Shown: positions 48,043 to 59,867, counted from the first letter of the stretch. The stretch is 64,000 nt of DNA from Fervidobacterium sp. (GCA_049970055.1 JBMFNR010000001.1:64001-128000); one strand, 5' to 3'. The notes: generated from the letters alone by a model not told the origin. A program made the numbers and translations.

Positions 48043-50643
48043 CTACACTTCCTTTCTAATAATTTTCTCGAATGTTTCTATAGCCTCATCTATCTTGTCA
48101 AATAACTTTCCACCAGCTTGTGCAAAAGTTGGATTGCCACCTCCACCTCCACCAAGCACCTTCGATACGTTTTTAGCAATGTTACCAGCGTGGTAAGATG
48201 ATGTTAGTTCCTTTGGTACTTTGACACTCACAATTATTTTACCATCTACTTTTGAGATAAGTAGTACTATTCCTTTTATTTTATCTGATATGTCATCGAC
48301 CAATTCTTTGATAATATCTGCTTCGACACCTTCGAGGACGGCTGAAACGTACCTTACGTTTTCGAAAAGTTTTGCAGACCTTGAAATTTCTTCAGGGTTT
48401 ATAAGTTTTCTTTTCGCTTCCAATAGTTGTTTTTCTATATTTTTCTTTTCTTCGATGAGTTTTTGAACTTTTGTAATAATCTCTGATTTTGGTACTTCCA
48501 ATATTTGCTTTAGATTGTCCAAAATTTCTTCGCTTTCTCTAAGGTAACCAAGCGAGTTCAAACCTGTTATAGCTTCTACCCTTCTTACACCAGCACTAAC
48601 GGCACTTTCGGAAATTATCTTGAATAATCCAATTTCACCAGTATTTTTAACATGTGTTCCACCGCACAGTTCTTCACTGAAATCAGATACTTTCACAATT
48701 CTTACAAAATCACCATACTTTTCTTCGAATAAAGCCATAGCACCTTCTTTTACAGCTTCGTCATAACTTTTAACTTCCGTTACTACTGGAATTGCTTGGA
48801 TAATCACATTATTTACCATGTTTTCGATCTCTTTAATCTCCTCTTTTGTAAGTGCTTGGTAGTGTGTGAAATCGAATCTCAATCTTTCTGGCTCGACTAA
48901 CGAACCGGCTTGTCTTACGTGTGTACCAAGTAATTTCCTTAGTGCAGCATGTAAAAGGTGTGTTGCTGTATGGTTCCTCATAGTTGATTTTCTCTTCATT
49001 TCGTCAACTTGCGCGTGTACTTTTTCGTTAATTGACATCTTACCGCTTAGTTTACCTTTGTGAACGGTGATTCCTTCAGCTGGTGAGTAAACATACTCAA
49101 CTGTAAATGTTCCGTACTTGCCTGTGACCACACCGGTATCGGCTACCTGCCCCCCTTTTTCCGCATAAAACGGTGTAATATCAATAACTAGTTCACACTC
49201 TACATTTTCTCCATTTACTTCGTTAACAAATTCATCATTTAACCTTATTTTCAAAACTGTTGCGTCGGCATCTAATGTGTCATAACCAACAAAAATGGTC
49301 TCTACATCTAAGTTTTCATAACCCGTTTTTTGGGCAAATTCGACTTCTCCTTGTGCCCTTCTTGAACGCTGTCTTTGTTCTTCAAGATATTTCTCGAAGC
49401 CCTCTTCGTCAAGTTCGTATCCGTTTTCTTGAGCTATATCTTTTAATATATCTATTGGGAAACCGTAAGTGTCGTACAACTTGAAAGCATCCTCCGCGGT
49501 AATCTTCCCCGATGTACTTATTATTTTTTGGACCATTTCGAGTCCTCTTGAAAGGTTATTTATGAATCTTAATTCTTCGTTCCTTACTATATTTTTAACG
49601 AAGTTCTTTTTCTCGACAATCTCGGGGTAGATATTTCCCATTTTTTGCACTACGCTATCGACAATTTTATGCAGGAAAGGTTCTTTCGTACCAAGTAGTA
49701 CGCCATGTCTAAGGGCTCTTCTAAGTATCCTTCTGAGTACGTACCCCCTTCCTTCATTTGACGGAAGGACCCCATCGGAAATCATGAATGTTACTGCACG
49801 TACGTGGTCAGCAATTACCCGAATTGAGATATCTTTGTTTTCATCGGATTTGTAATGAACATTTAACACATTTTCAATTTGCTCGATTATAGGTTTAAAC
49901 AGATCAGTATCGAAATTCCAATATACACCCTGCATCATTGCCGAAATTCTTTCAAGACCGGCTCCAGTATCTATGTTTTTTCTTGGAAGTGGGTGCAAAT
50001 TTCCATCCTCATCTTGGTAAAATTCTGTGAAAACAAGATTCCAAATTTCGATATACTTTCCATCTGTGTTTGCAGGTGTTGGTTCTTTACCATCTGTGGT
50101 GGGTACTTCTATACCCGTATCGTAAAATATCTCTGAACAAGGGCCGCAAGGACCTGTTGGGCCAGCGGGTCCCCAGAAGTTATCTTCTTTTCCCATCTTT
50201 ACGATTTTTCGTTCAGGAACACCTATGCTCTTCCAAATTTCAAAGGCTTCGTCATCGTATTCGTATACAGAAACCCATAATTTTTCTTCCGGCATCCGAA
50301 GAACTTGTGTTACGAACTCCCATGCCCATTCGATGGCTTCCCTTTTAAAGTAATCACCGAATGAGAAATTGCCGAGCATTTCAAAAAATGTATGATGCCT
50401 TGGTGTTCGACCAACGTTCTCTATATCGTTCGTTCTTACACATTTTTGACAGGTTGTTACCCTTGGATAGATGGGATCGACCTTACCCCAGAAGATAGGT
50501 TTGAATGGAACCATACCTGCTACCGTGAACATCAACTGTGGATCATCTGGGATCAAAGAAGCGCTTGGTAATCTTTTATGTCCTTTATGTTCAAAAAAAC
50601 TCAGGTAAGCTTCCCTAATCTCCTCACTTGACATGAATTTCAT
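48043..50643 (-). CDS. alaS: Alanine--tRNA ligase
   Basis: [54 protein letters not shown]. Confidence 0.98.
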   Translation of the reverse strand: MKFMSSEEIREAYLSFFEHKGHKRLPSASLIPDDPQLMFTVAGMVPFKPIFWGKVDPIYPRVTTCQKCVRTNDIENVGRTPRHHTFFEMLGNFSFGDYFKREAIEWAWEFVTQVLRMPEEKLWVSVYEYDDEAFEIWKSIGVPERKIVKMGKEDNFWGPAGPTGPCGPCSEIFYDTGIEVPTTDGKEPTPANTDGKYIEIWNLVFTEFYQDEDGNLHPLPRKNIDTGAGLERISAMMQGVYWNFDTDLFKPIIEQIENVLNVHYKSDENKDISIRVIADHVRAVTFMISDGVLPSNEGRGYVLRRILRRALRHGVLLGTKEPFLHKIVDSVVQKMGNIYPEIVEKKNFVKNIVRNEELRFINNLSRGLEMVQKIISTSGKITAEDAFKLYDTYGFPIDILKDIAQENGYELDEEGFEKYLEEQRQRSRRAQGEVEFAQKTGYENLDVETIFVGYDTLDADATVLKIRLNDEFVNEVNGENVECELVIDITPFYAEKGGQVADTGVVTGKYGTFTVEYVYSPAEGITVHKGKLSGKMSINEKVHAQVDEMKRKSTMRNHTATHLLHAALRKLLGTHVRQAGSLVEPERLRFDFTHYQALTKEEIKEIENMVNNVIIQAIPVVTEVKSYDEAVKEGAMALFEEKYGDFVRIVKVSDFSEELCGGTHVKNTGEIGLFKIISESAVSAGVRRVEAITGLNSLGYLRESEEILDNLKQILEVPKSEIITKVQKLIEEKKNIEKQLLEAKRKLINPEEISRSAKLFENVRYVSAVLEGVEADIIKELVDDISDKIKGIVLLISKVDGKIIVSVKVPKELTSSYHAGNIAKNVSKVLGGGGGGNPTFAQAGGKLFDKIDEAIETFEKIIRKEV

Positions 50644-50667
50644 CTATTGCACCTCCGAAAGGATAAT

Positions 50668-51513
50668 TTATTTAGTATAAATTACTTTCAAAATAATGTA
50701 TACGATCGGTGTTACAAACAAAAGCCCATCAATTCGGTCAAGCATCCCACCATGCCCTGGCATCAGGTTACCCATATGCTTTACATTATAGTGCCTTTTT
50801 ATTGATGATTCAAAGATGTCTCCAAATGTATCCATAACACCGGTGATTATAGCTATCAAAATTTGCAAATATAAATAAAGTTCCATTTGACTGTGAAAAA
50901 ACAGATTGGAAATTTGTTGATAAATAATTATGTACACAAACGTGCCAACGGTTCCACCAAAAAACCCTTCCCAACTTTTGTTAGGACTATAATAACTGCC
51001 GAATTTGTGTTTCCCGAATTTCATTCCAAAAGCGTAAGCGAAACTGTCGTAAGCCCAAGATAGTGTTAATGTCAACAGTGCAATGGCTGGTCCGAAAATG
51101 TCGTAAAGTGGTATGAAAAACGAAAGTAAGAAAGCGATATACAAAAGAGCTGTTGAGTAAGAAAAATAAATCTCTGTAATTATCTCTCGATCTTTTATTC
51201 GATAAAGTGCGATCACTATTCCAGTTATGTACAAAACAGCGAGAAGTTCCAGTGGAAATTTCCTAAATGCAAACCCATATAGAATAGGATATGCAGTTAC
51301 TATTGCTGTGTAAATAAACGAAAGCCACGTGCTGTGACCTTTTATTGTTGTAAAGAATAATTCTCCAGAGGTGATCATAACGATAGTTGCAACTAAACCA
51401 ACCAGACTATTGTAAGAAACAAAACAAAAAACAACAAAAGGTGCAACTATGAGTGCACTTATAACCCTTTGTATTGTTTCCCTTTTTATGTTGCTTTCAT
51501 TTTTTTCTGGCAT
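50668..51513 (-). CDS. cdsA: Phosphatidate cytidylyltransferase
   Basis: Multi-TM; SPNKSWEG, GDIFESSIKR, PGHGGMLDRID. Confidence 0.95.
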   Translation of the reverse strand: MPEKNESNIKRETIQRVISALIVAPFVVFCFVSYNSLVGLVATIVMITSGELFFTTIKGHSTWLSFIYTAIVTAYPILYGFAFRKFPLELLAVLYITGIVIALYRIKDREIITEIYFSYSTALLYIAFLLSFFIPLYDIFGPAIALLTLTLSWAYDSFAYAFGMKFGKHKFGSYYSPNKSWEGFFGGTVGTFVYIIIYQQISNLFFHSQMELYLYLQILIAIITGVMDTFGDIFESSIKRHYNVKHMGNLMPGHGGMLDRIDGLLFVTPIVYIILKVIYTK

Positions 51514-51514
51514 T

Positions 51515-52219
51515 CTACTTTAGCCCCCCAAATCGCCTATCCCTTTTCATGAACTCATCTATTGCCTTTTGAAGCTCTTCTTCTGTGAATTCAGGCCAAA
51601 GCAAACGAGACACATAAATTTCACTGTAAGCAAGTTGCCATAGTAGAAAATTACTTATCCTCATTTCACCAGATGTACGTATGACCAGATCGGGATCTGG
51701 TACGTCTGGTGCGTAAAGGTAGTTTCTAAAAGTGTTTTCGTCTATGTCATCTTCACTTACTGTTTTGTTTTTAATATCTGAGATTATCTTTTTCGTAGCA
51801 TCGATTATTTCTGACCTACCACCGTAATTGAAAGCCATTAGCACCTGTATTTTTGAATTATTTTTTGTCTTTTCTTCATAGTTATAGCATTTGTTTTTTA
51901 TTGATTCAGGGAGCTGATCAATCCGTCCGATGAATCTTAGCCGCACACCTTCTTTATCCATACGCTTGTAAAATTCGTCGATTTTATTTTCCAAAAGTCC
52001 AAATATAAAACTAACCTCTTCAACAGGTCTTTTCCAATTCTCCGTTGAAAATGCATAAAACGTTGTGTATTTCACACCACGACTTGCACACCATCTCACA
52101 ACATCTTCTATTTTGTATGCCCCTACATAATGACCATAAGTACGTGGTTTACCTTGCTTTTTTGCCCATCGCCCATTCCCATCCATTATGAATGCTATGT
52201 GTTGAGGAATATGGTTCAT
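51515..52219 (-). CDS. uppS: Undecaprenyl diphosphate synthase
   Basis: HIAFIMDGNGRWA, FSTENWKR, NYGGR, RTSGE.RISNFLLWQ, RRFGG. Confidence 0.97.
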   Translation of the reverse strand: MNHIPQHIAFIMDGNGRWAKKQGKPRTYGHYVGAYKIEDVVRWCASRGVKYTTFYAFSTENWKRPVEEVSFIFGLLENKIDEFYKRMDKEGVRLRFIGRIDQLPESIKNKCYNYEEKTKNNSKIQVLMAFNYGGRSEIIDATKKIISDIKNKTVSEDDIDENTFRNYLYAPDVPDPDLVIRTSGEMRISNFLLWQLAYSEIYVSRLLWPEFTEEELQKAIDEFMKRDRRFGGLK

Positions 52220-52773
52220 TAAAATTCCATTATCTCCTTTTCTTTCTTTTCAAACAACTTATCAAGCTCTGCAATGTATTTATCTGTTAGGTTTTGTATT
52301 TCCTTCTCGAGTCTTTTTTCATCATCTTCCGATATCTCTCCATCTCTTTTCTTATCTTTGACCTCTTTTAAGATATCTCTTCTGATGTTTCTTATCGCTA
52401 TTTTACCTTCTTCTACTATTTCTTTAGCTTTTTTGACCCATTTTTGCCTTTGCTCTGTTGTCGGTGCTGGGAAGTTAATCCTTACGACTGTACCATCGTT
52501 CACAGGTGTTAATCCAAGATCACTTGCTAATATAGCTTTCTCTATTGCATTGAGTAAATTCCTTTCCCATGGTTTAATAATGAGCTGCCTTTCTTCAGTG
52601 GTAACTTGAGCTAATTGAAGTACTGGTGTCGGTACACCATAGTAATCGACTTTTATTTCTTCAAGAACAGCGGGTGTTGCCCTTCCCGTTCTCAGGTGCT
52701 TAAGTTCTTCGGATATCTTTTCGACTGACTTTTTCATTTTATCTTCCGCGCTTTTTATAAAATTGTTTACCAT
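52219..52773 (-). CDS. frr: Ribosome recycling factor
   Basis: RTGRA, VDYYG, LGLTP.NDG, IRNIRRD, KEKEIM. Confidence 0.97.
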   Translation of the reverse strand: MVNNFIKSAEDKMKKSVEKISEELKHLRTGRATPAVLEEIKVDYYGVPTPVLQLAQVTTEERQLIIKPWERNLLNAIEKAILASDLGLTPVNDGTVVRINFPAPTTEQRQKWVKKAKEIVEEGKIAIRNIRRDILKEVKDKKRDGEISEDDEKRLEKEIQNLTDKYIAELDKLFEKKEKEIMEF

Positions 52774-52814
52774 ATCCTTACACCTCCGACTTCTTTCATG
52801 TTTTTTTTATGTCT

Positions 52815-53795
52815 TTATATTTTGTCAATTGTACTCACACACATAGCCGTAATTCCCCTCTGCTGTGATTCGGGGTATACATCGTTACCACTCTTGAACT
52901 TTATTGATACTTGGCAGTTACAAATTGATTCCAAATTTTGTACAATTTTTTCTCTATAATTTTTGAGCCTTATCGATGAAATTATAACACAATCTATGGA
53001 AGAAAGGAAGAAGCCTGATGAAATAACCATTTTGACAACTTCGTCGAGCATTTCGATACTTTTTCGACCTTTATTTTTTTCATTTTCCGGAAAAAGAACG
53101 CCAATATCAACCTTGTATGTTATTCCCAATATACTATCGATAATTGCATGAGCAAGAACATCCGCATCAGAATGTCCTAAAAGTCCAACGTCAGATTCGA
53201 TCTGAACGCCCCCAAGGATTAATTTTTTGTTTTCTGCAATAGGATGCGTATCCCAACCAAATCCGGTCATTGTCTGATAGTCGCTGAGCTTTAATAACCT
53301 TTTCATCCTTACATGAACGGGTTTTGATTCTTCAAAACCAAAACTTTCAAACAACTTCGGTTCGAATGTGTCAATTATTATCCTTTTGTATCGATTGCTC
53401 TTCATGAACTTGTACAATAAAAATTCTTTCATCTCACCTGATAATGAAATGATGTACAGATCATCAACAGAAAAGTCCATCAATATCCTTTCAATGATGT
53501 AAATCATTTTCGAACCAATAGGTATAATTTTAAATCCGAGAATTCTAAACCACTTCTGATATCCATGCCTGAAGTCTGCCTTCGTCGCGTACAATAATAC
53601 ACTCTTAACTTCGTCATTTTCCATCAAGACAAATGTTCTCGATTTGGTAAATGGTGGAATATCCTCCAACAAAGCTTCATATATATATTTCTGAGCTTTT
53701 GAACCAAGCAATTGGTCGTAAAATTCTTTTTTTTCGTTATATATTAATTCACTAACTTCTTTGGCAATCTTTTCATTAGCTGTTGTAATGGTCAA
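52815..53795 (-). CDS. ispF: 2-C-methyl-D-erythritol 2,4-cyclodiphosphate synthase with an N-terminal extra domain
   Basis: C-terminal half has GFGWDTH, LILGGV, GHSDADVLAHAIIDS, DIGVLFP; the N-terminal ~170 aa are not IspD-like. Confidence 0.85.
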   Translation of the reverse strand: MTITTANEKIAKEVSELIYNEKKEFYDQLLGSKAQKYIYEALLEDIPPFTKSRTFVLMENDEVKSVLLYATKADFRHGYQKWFRILGFKIIPIGSKMIYIIERILMDFSVDDLYIISLSGEMKEFLLYKFMKSNRYKRIIIDTFEPKLFESFGFEESKPVHVRMKRLLKLSDYQTMTGFGWDTHPIAENKKLILGGVQIESDVGLLGHSDADVLAHAIIDSILGITYKVDIGVLFPENEKNKGRKSIEMLDEVVKMVISSGFFLSSIDCVIISSIRLKNYREKIVQNLESICNCQVSIKFKSGNDVYPESQQRGITAMCVSTIDKI

Positions 53796-53813
53796 TATAT
53801 CACCTCGATCTTT

Positions 53814-54800
53814 CTACTTGGATAATAGATAAACTATTATCAATAAAGCGCCAGTTATTAATAATGTTGTCATAAACGATATTAATAATTCTGAACCTGT
53901 TGTCGATGGAATCTCAATTTTTATATTTCGTGGAACATCTAGCTGCTTTGAACTTTGTTCTTGAGATTGGATTTTGCGCCTTTTCAAAAAGTACGTTTCA
54001 TCACTTAGTATCTTTACTGAAGGACTTATGAGGGTTTTTCCATATATCTCATCGGCAAGCTCAACTTTTACCAAAAATAGGTTTCCACCTTTAACTTTGA
54101 CGAGTTCTTTACTTACTATAGTGGCTTCAAAAGAGGATTTTTGTAAATCTATACCAGGATAATTTTCTCTTATTTTTTCCTCGAACTTTCCAGGGTTGAG
54201 TACAACGACTGGTATCTTATCACCTATGTCAAATTGAAGTATCGATGTTCCATTGATTGGATCTATGACGGGAAATACTTCAACAAGTTCTGAAAGATCA
54301 CTTCTTGAGTAAACCTTTGCAACGGACTCGTCGGAAAAATCTTCTTGAAGGTTTATAAAGGTAAGAGATGAATATTCTTCCAAGCTCAACCCTTGAAACT
54401 TGAGGAAAATTTCCATCTTTGGACTCCATTCCTCAAGTAAATCTCCTATAATCGTACGTAAAACTTCTCCGTCATTATCTTTTATCGCAGTTGAGAACTC
54501 AATGCCAAGTGGAATTTTTCCACGTCTATTCATTATGTTGTTCAGGTAGGTTAAGAATGCCAAGGTGATATCATATGTTCCTGGAATTTCTTTGATTTTT
54601 TTCTTAATACTTTCCAATTTTTCTTTGAATTCGTTTAAGTTCTCATCTAATGTTATTTCATCAAGAATATTAGAGTAACGCAGTGGTACGACTACAAAAT
54701 CGTAGTCTGGCACACTATTTGTCTTTCCGAAAAAATATCCAACGATGTCTTCTGCTGTACCCTTACTTCTCGCTCTGACTTTTATAAAATACAGGTCCAA
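53814..54800 (-). CDS. Hypothetical protein with C-terminal membrane anchor
   Basis: 328-aa ORF in operon, SD GGGAGG, hydrophobic C-terminal helix; no family recognised. Confidence 0.7.
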   Translation of the reverse strand: MDLYFIKVRARSKGTAEDIVGYFFGKTNSVPDYDFVVVPLRYSNILDEITLDENLNEFKEKLESIKKKIKEIPGTYDITLAFLTYLNNIMNRRGKIPLGIEFSTAIKDNDGEVLRTIIGDLLEEWSPKMEIFLKFQGLSLEEYSSLTFINLQEDFSDESVAKVYSRSDLSELVEVFPVIDPINGTSILQFDIGDKIPVVVLNPGKFEEKIRENYPGIDLQKSSFEATIVSKELVKVKGGNLFLVKVELADEIYGKTLISPSVKILSDETYFLKRRKIQSQEQSSKQLDVPRNIKIEIPSTTGSELLISFMTTLLITGALLIIVYLLSK

Positions 54801-54841
54801 AGATATTCCTCCCTGTTAAAAAACTAAAGTACTACCTAGAC

Positions 54842-56089
54842 TTATACAAAGTAGCCACCACTTTCGATTTTACTTGCAGCTGGAAGTATTTTATCATTAC
54901 CGATAACAACATTTTTACCTAAAACACAATTTTCTTCAATTAAACTATCCATACCAATAACTGTGATATGCGAATTGTAAATTTTTTTGTCATACTTGCT
55001 TTCTGAAAATTCTCCGATACCAATTTTACATCCATCCTTTATTATTGTATTTTCGGCAATAATCGAGTCCTCTATGATTACATTTTTGCCTATTTCCACC
55101 TTTGTCATTATTACACTATTTTTTATAATCGTGCCTTCACCGATTATAACACCCTGGGATATAACACTGTTTTCAACAGTTCCGTATATTTCACAGCCTT
55201 CACTGATTATAGAATTTCTTACTTCACCTTGAGGCGACACGTACGCTGGTTGCATTTCTTCTGATCTTGTGTAAAACCGCCAATTTGGATCATGTAAGTT
55301 AAACGGTGGGACAGGTCTTACGAGCTCCAAATTTGCTTCCCAATAAGACAGTATGGTTCCAACATCTTGCCAATATCCCTCAAATGGATAAGCGTAAACT
55401 TTTCCTGTTGAAAGTATCTTTGGTATCACGTTTTTACCGAAATCATGCTCACTCGTTTCGTCTTTTGCATCATCTATAAGTATCTGTTTTATGAAGTTCC
55501 ATGTGAAAACATATATACCAAGCGATGCAAGGTTAGATTTCGGTTCTTTAGGTTTTTCTTGAAATTCTACGATTCTATTTTCTATATCTGTAACCATTAT
55601 TCCAAATCTACGTGCTTCGCTTATAGGGACCTCCATGCAAGCTATCGTAGCTAAAGCGCCTTTTGATATATGATAATAAACAAATTCACCGTAGTCCATA
55701 GAGTATATATGGTCACCTGACAATACAACTATATATTCAGGTTCGTACTCATCAATAAACTCTATATTTTGGTATATTGCATCCGCTGTACCTTTGTACC
55801 AGACACTTTCTGTGAGTGTTGAGTATGGTTGGAGAATTGTGACACCGCCACCTTTTCTGTCGAGATCCCAAGGTTTACCTATGCCTATGTGTTTGTTTAG
55901 AAGGTGCGGTCTGTATTGAGTCAGTACGCCCACGCGATATATTCCTGAATTCACACAATTACTAAGTGTGAAATCTATGATTCTATACTTTCCTCCAAAT
56001 TGTACAGCTGGCTTGGGGATTTTTTCGGTTAATACTCCGAGCCGTGTTCCTTGTCCCCCCGCTAAAATCAAACCTACGATGTTCTTCAT
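54842..56089 (-). CDS. glgC: Glucose-1-phosphate adenylyltransferase GlgC
   Basis: [51 protein letters not shown]. Confidence 0.96.
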   Translation of the reverse strand: MKNIVGLILAGGQGTRLGVLTEKIPKPAVQFGGKYRIIDFTLSNCVNSGIYRVGVLTQYRPHLLNKHIGIGKPWDLDRKGGGVTILQPYSTLTESVWYKGTADAIYQNIEFIDEYEPEYIVVLSGDHIYSMDYGEFVYYHISKGALATIACMEVPISEARRFGIMVTDIENRIVEFQEKPKEPKSNLASLGIYVFTWNFIKQILIDDAKDETSEHDFGKNVIPKILSTGKVYAYPFEGYWQDVGTILSYWEANLELVRPVPPFNLHDPNWRFYTRSEEMQPAYVSPQGEVRNSIISEGCEIYGTVENSVISQGVIIGEGTIIKNSVIMTKVEIGKNVIIEDSIIAENTIIKDGCKIGIGEFSESKYDKKIYNSHITVIGMDSLIEENCVLGKNVVIGNDKILPAASKIESGGYFV

Positions 56090-56102
56090 ACCCCCACCAC
56101 CT

Positions 56103-57218
56103 TTATACAACCATCCATTTTTCTAAAACAACAGGTTCAAAGTCTCCGGCAAGTACTTGTTCGGCTCGTATTACACAGTTTTTATCGATTATTGCGTTCT
56201 TCACATATGCTCCCTCTTCAATGATTGTATCTTGCATTATTATAGAATTCTCAACCCTTGCTCCGGCTTTTATCACAACACCTCTGAATATTACGGAATT
56301 TCTCACACTGCCAGATACGATGCAGCCATCAGCAATGATAGAATTCGAAACTTTTGCTGTACCTGTGAATTTTGCGGGTGGGTAATCTTTCAACTTTGTG
56401 TAAACTTTACCGTTTTTTAGGAAAAGCTCATCCCTAATACCCCTATTGTTAAGAACTTCCATGTTTGTTCTGTAATACTCAGCTATCCCTTTTTTTACAT
56501 TTCGCCAATAACCTTTAAACTCGTAAGCGTAAACTCTCAACTTGCTCAAGTTCGGGATTATGACATCCAGTAGCAGATCGTACTTGCCTGAAGGTACCGT
56601 ATCGTAGAGTATATCTAATAGAAGGTATTTATTTATAAAGTAAACGCCAAGGAACGCCTTGTGCAGTGGAGGATTATCAACTTTCTCGTATATCTCCCTA
56701 ATTCTTCCATCTCCGTCGGTAACTACGACACCGTAGTCTTTCAAGTTATACGATTCATCAAGTTCTTTCACCAAAAGTGTTACATCTGCACCTTTAGAGA
56801 AATGAAAACTAAACATATCATTGTAAATCATCTTGTATATATGATCACCAGAACCTATTAAGACATAATCCTCATCACCACGGCGCAACATCGTTGTGTT
56901 TTGAAAAATGGCATCAGCCGTTCCACGATACCAATACTCACCTGTCATACCGAGGTATGGTTGTAAAATGTACAATCCACCATGCTTTCTGTCAAGGTCC
57001 CATTCCTTCCCAGAACCAAGATGATCCATAAGGCTCCGTGGGTTATATTGAGTTAACACACCTACTTTGTATATCCCAGAATTAACCATGTTACTCAATG
57101 TAAAATCGATGGCTCTATATTTTCCGAAAACAGGTAGTGCGGCACTTGCACGTTTGTAGACTAGTTTTCCAAGTGCCTCGCTTTTCCCTCCGGCTAAAAT
57201 TAGTCCAAGTACTTTCAT
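56103..57218 (-). CDS. glgD: ADP-glucose pyrophosphorylase subunit GlgD
   Basis: GlgC paralogue with altered motifs ([24 protein letters not shown]); paired with glgC. Confidence 0.92.
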   Translation of the reverse strand: MKVLGLILAGGKSEALGKLVYKRASAALPVFGKYRAIDFTLSNMVNSGIYKVGVLTQYNPRSLMDHLGSGKEWDLDRKHGGLYILQPYLGMTGEYWYRGTADAIFQNTTMLRRGDEDYVLIGSGDHIYKMIYNDMFSFHFSKGADVTLLVKELDESYNLKDYGVVVTDGDGRIREIYEKVDNPPLHKAFLGVYFINKYLLLDILYDTVPSGKYDLLLDVIIPNLSKLRVYAYEFKGYWRNVKKGIAEYYRTNMEVLNNRGIRDELFLKNGKVYTKLKDYPPAKFTGTAKVSNSIIADGCIVSGSVRNSVIFRGVVIKAGARVENSIIMQDTIIEEGAYVKNAIIDKNCVIRAEQVLAGDFEPVVLEKWMVV

Positions 57219-57264
57219 GGGATTACCTCCCTTAATAAGCGCAAAAAAGCGCTCCTAATTGATA

Positions 57265-58011
57265 TTATAATGAATGCTTTACTATGTTCACTCCAGAACT
57301 TGTACCTATTCGTGTAGCGCCAGCTGATAACATTTTTATAGCATCTTCGTACGTCTTTATTCCGCCTGAAGCTTTGATTTCTATCTCGCTATCAACTGCC
57401 CAATACATGAGCTGTACATCTTCGAATTTTGCACCTGCTGTTCCAAAGCCAGTTGATGTTTTGACGAATTGTGCACCTGCGAGTTTAGAAATAAGACTCG
57501 CTGCAACTTTTTCCTCATCTGTTAGATAACACGTTTCGATGATAACTTTCACAGGAACACGTGCAGCCTCAACGACAGCTTTTATATCGTTGTAGACGTA
57601 ATCGTAATCTTTTTCTTTAAGCTTTCCAATGTGTATCACCATATCAATCTCTTGAGCTCCGTTTTCTACCGCCCATTTTGTTTCATATACTTTTGATGAT
57701 GTGCTTGTTGCACCAAGCGGAAACCCAACAACTGTTACTGTTAGTGTGTTACTTCCTTTAAGCATTTCGGAAACAAGCGGCACGAACGACGGATTCACAC
57801 ACACTCCTTTAAAATTGTGTTCTAAAGCTTCTTGACATAACAATTTGATTTCTTCTGTTGTTGCAGTGGGTTTCAAATTAGTGTGGTCTATGTACTCGTT
57901 TATTTTTAAATTTTTTAAGTCAATACTCAAAGTTTTTGGCTGGTAGGAGGTGTGAAATTGGTTAATTTTTTCTTCAACGATCTTTCTGATATTTTCTATG
58001 ATATTCTCCAT
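57265..58011 (-). CDS. deoC: Deoxyribose-phosphate aldolase
   Basis: IDHTNLK, VVGFPLG, EIDMV, KVIIET, FVKTSTGF, KASGG, RIGTS. Confidence 0.97.
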   Translation of the reverse strand: MENIIENIRKIVEEKINQFHTSYQPKTLSIDLKNLKINEYIDHTNLKPTATTEEIKLLCQEALEHNFKGVCVNPSFVPLVSEMLKGSNTLTVTVVGFPLGATSTSSKVYETKWAVENGAQEIDMVIHIGKLKEKDYDYVYNDIKAVVEAARVPVKVIIETCYLTDEEKVAASLISKLAGAQFVKTSTGFGTAGAKFEDVQLMYWAVDSEIEIKASGGIKTYEDAIKMLSAGATRIGTSSGVNIVKHSL

Positions 58012-58037
58012 AAACTTCGATCTCCTTTCTTGTAATT

Positions 58038-58487
58038 TTATCTATTGTACTTTAAATATTCTTTGATTTTCTTCTGTGTCTCTTTTTTCTTTATTTCTTC
58101 GCGCTTGTCGTACGTTTTCTTACCTTTTGCAACTGCAATTTCAACTTTTACTTTCCCTTGATCATTAAAATATATTTTTGTTGGAACAATAGTGTACCCT
58201 TCTTGCCTTACCTTTCCCCAGATACGATCTAATTGCTTTCTGTGTAGTAGTAATTTCCTTGGACGTTCTGGATCATGATTATAGATGTTGCCATGTTGGT
58301 AAGGTGGTATATGTAAATTTAACAACCAAATCTCTCCATCTTTTATTCTACAAAAAGAATCTTTAAAACTTGCTCCGTGATCTCTTAGTGATTTTACCTC
58401 TGTTCCAACTAAAACAATGCCAGCTTCATAAGTTTCATCTATGACATAATCGGTGTACGCCTTTTTGTTTGTTGCTATAACCTTCAA
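58038..58487 (-). CDS. smpB: SsrA-binding protein
   Basis: NKKA, EAGIVLVGTEVKSLR, RKLLLH, GKKTYDKRE; TTG start overlapping the yraN stop. Confidence 0.96.
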   Translation of the reverse strand: MKVIATNKKAYTDYVIDETYEAGIVLVGTEVKSLRDHGASFKDSFCRIKDGEIWLLNLHIPPYQHGNIYNHDPERPRKLLLHRKQLDRIWGKVRQEGYTIVPTKIYFNDQGKVKVEIAVAKGKKTYDKREEIKKKETQKKIKEYLKYNR

Positions 58488-58840
58488 CTGAAATCCCACC
58501 CTATATCTTCATAATGAATTAACTCTTCTTCGATAACTTCAATTATATCGAACTGTACTTTTTCGTAATTTTTACCTTTCAGAAAGTACTCAGCACTTTT
58601 AATCAGTTTACTGTATTTGCTTTGATCAACTCGTTCAGATGGTTTTATTTTCCTGCCAGTTCCGGATTTTACTTCTACAAAAATGAATTTCTTACCTTTC
58701 TTAGCTATTATATCTATCTCACCAAATGGCGTCTTCAAATTTCTTTCGATGATTTTATACTTTCTCACATTTTTGAGATACTCTGCAGCTTTATCTTCCG
58801 CAAGTTGCCAATTTTTCTTTGGTTTCAAGCTTTTATCCAT
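58484..58840 (-). CDS. yraN: YraN (UPF0102) family PD-(D/E)XK protein
   Basis: AE..A..YL, ERN, GEIDIIA, FVEVK, FDII. Confidence 0.88.
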   Translation of the reverse strand: MDKSLKPKKNWQLAEDKAAEYLKNVRKYKIIERNLKTPFGEIDIIAKKGKKFIFVEVKSGTGRKIKPSERVDQSKYSKLIKSAEYFLKGKNYEKVQFDIIEVIEEELIHYEDIGWDFS

Positions 58841-59120
58841 ATATACCCGGGACCTTCAAGAGTCTTCCATTACCTTCTGGGAAGTTTTTGATAATTTCTT
58901 CAACATTTTCGTATGTTCTTGGCTGGCAAATTCTGGGTTCAAATGGTTCTTCTATAGGAGTGTACATCGCCTCAATGTTCGATGTGTCAACTTCCGATAA
59001 GATTTCAAAGTAATCTAAAATTTTTTGTAGATCAACTTTCAATTTTTCTGTGTCTGAAACGTTTAACCTTGATAACTTTGCAAGATGTTCTATAAGCTTA
59101 TCATCAATCTTTATTGACAT
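58833..59120 (-). CDS. gatC: Asp/Glu-tRNA amidotransferase subunit C
   Basis: [21 protein letters not shown]. Confidence 0.9.
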   Translation of the reverse strand: MSIKIDDKLIEHLAKLSRLNVSDTEKLKVDLQKILDYFEILSEVDTSNIEAMYTPIEEPFEPRICQPRTYENVEEIIKNFPEGNGRLLKVPGIYG

Positions 59121-59352
59121 CTTTAAAAACCTCCTTGAAGTATGTGATTTCGTTTAGGTTGCTAGAAATTTCATTAACGATCTTTTTATTTTGATCAGCA
59201 ACTATTTTATATATTTCCTGCCTGTAAATCTTCACATTAGATGGCGCAACGATACCTATTTTAACAGTACTGTTGTCGATTTTCAGAATCTTAACTTCTA
59301 TGTCATCACCAATCATTATGCTCTCACCAATTCTTCTTGATAAGACAAGCAC
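59104..59352 (-). CDS. csrA: Carbon storage regulator CsrA
   Basis: [28 protein letters not shown]...IYRQEI, C-terminal extension containing N. Confidence 0.96.
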   Translation of the reverse strand: MLVLSRRIGESIMIGDDIEVKILKIDNSTVKIGIVAPSNVKIYRQEIYKIVADQNKKIVNEISSNLNEITYFKEVFKDVNKD

Positions 59353-59367
59353 GCCGAATCACCACTC

Positions 59368-59838
59368 TTATGCCTCTTTTTCTGTTCTTTCTTCTGTTCT
59401 TTCTTGTGCTCTCTCGCTTTGTGTAGTGTTTGCAATAGGATGTTTTAAGTCGTATTTGTCAAGTATAATTTGCATACCAAGACCTGATTTTAAGTTTATA
59501 ACTATAGGTGCTTTCAAATTTACAGTTGTCTGTTCAGGTTTTCCGTTGGGAATTGTTACAACACTCCAGATAATAACATCACTTGGATCATTTACTTGAA
59601 GAATCTTCATTTCATCTTCTGAGAGTTCAACTTCATATTCGTTTTCAATAAGCCATGGATCAATAATAGGTAGTGCAACTGTTTCGTCTTCAAGACTCAC
59701 CAACCAACAAATGGGCTTCGTCTCTTCGAATGATACGACAGCGAACCGTCTTAAATGTTCAAATCCTGGAATTCCCTGTGGAAATGTTACTATTTCATTG
59801 TCTTTTATCTCGAACTTTCCCAACCTTGTTTCGTACAC
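59368..59838 (-). CDS. fliW: Flagellar assembly factor FliW
   Basis: TRLG, FPQGIPGFE, WL.S, TVNLKAPIVIN; adjacent to csrA; GTG start after SD GGGGTG. Confidence 0.93.
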   Translation of the reverse strand: MYETRLGKFEIKDNEIVTFPQGIPGFEHLRRFAVVSFEETKPICWLVSLEDETVALPIIDPWLIENEYEVELSEDEMKILQVNDPSDVIIWSVVTIPNGKPEQTTVNLKAPIVINLKSGLGMQIILDKYDLKHPIANTTQSERAQERTEERTEKEA

Positions 59839-59867
59839 AAAACCACACCCCTGTGATGTTATTAATT

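Noticed and set aside
58038..58487. tmRNA gene next to smpB
   Set aside because: Flanking intergenic space is under 30 bp, and no tRNA-like ends were seen in the window.
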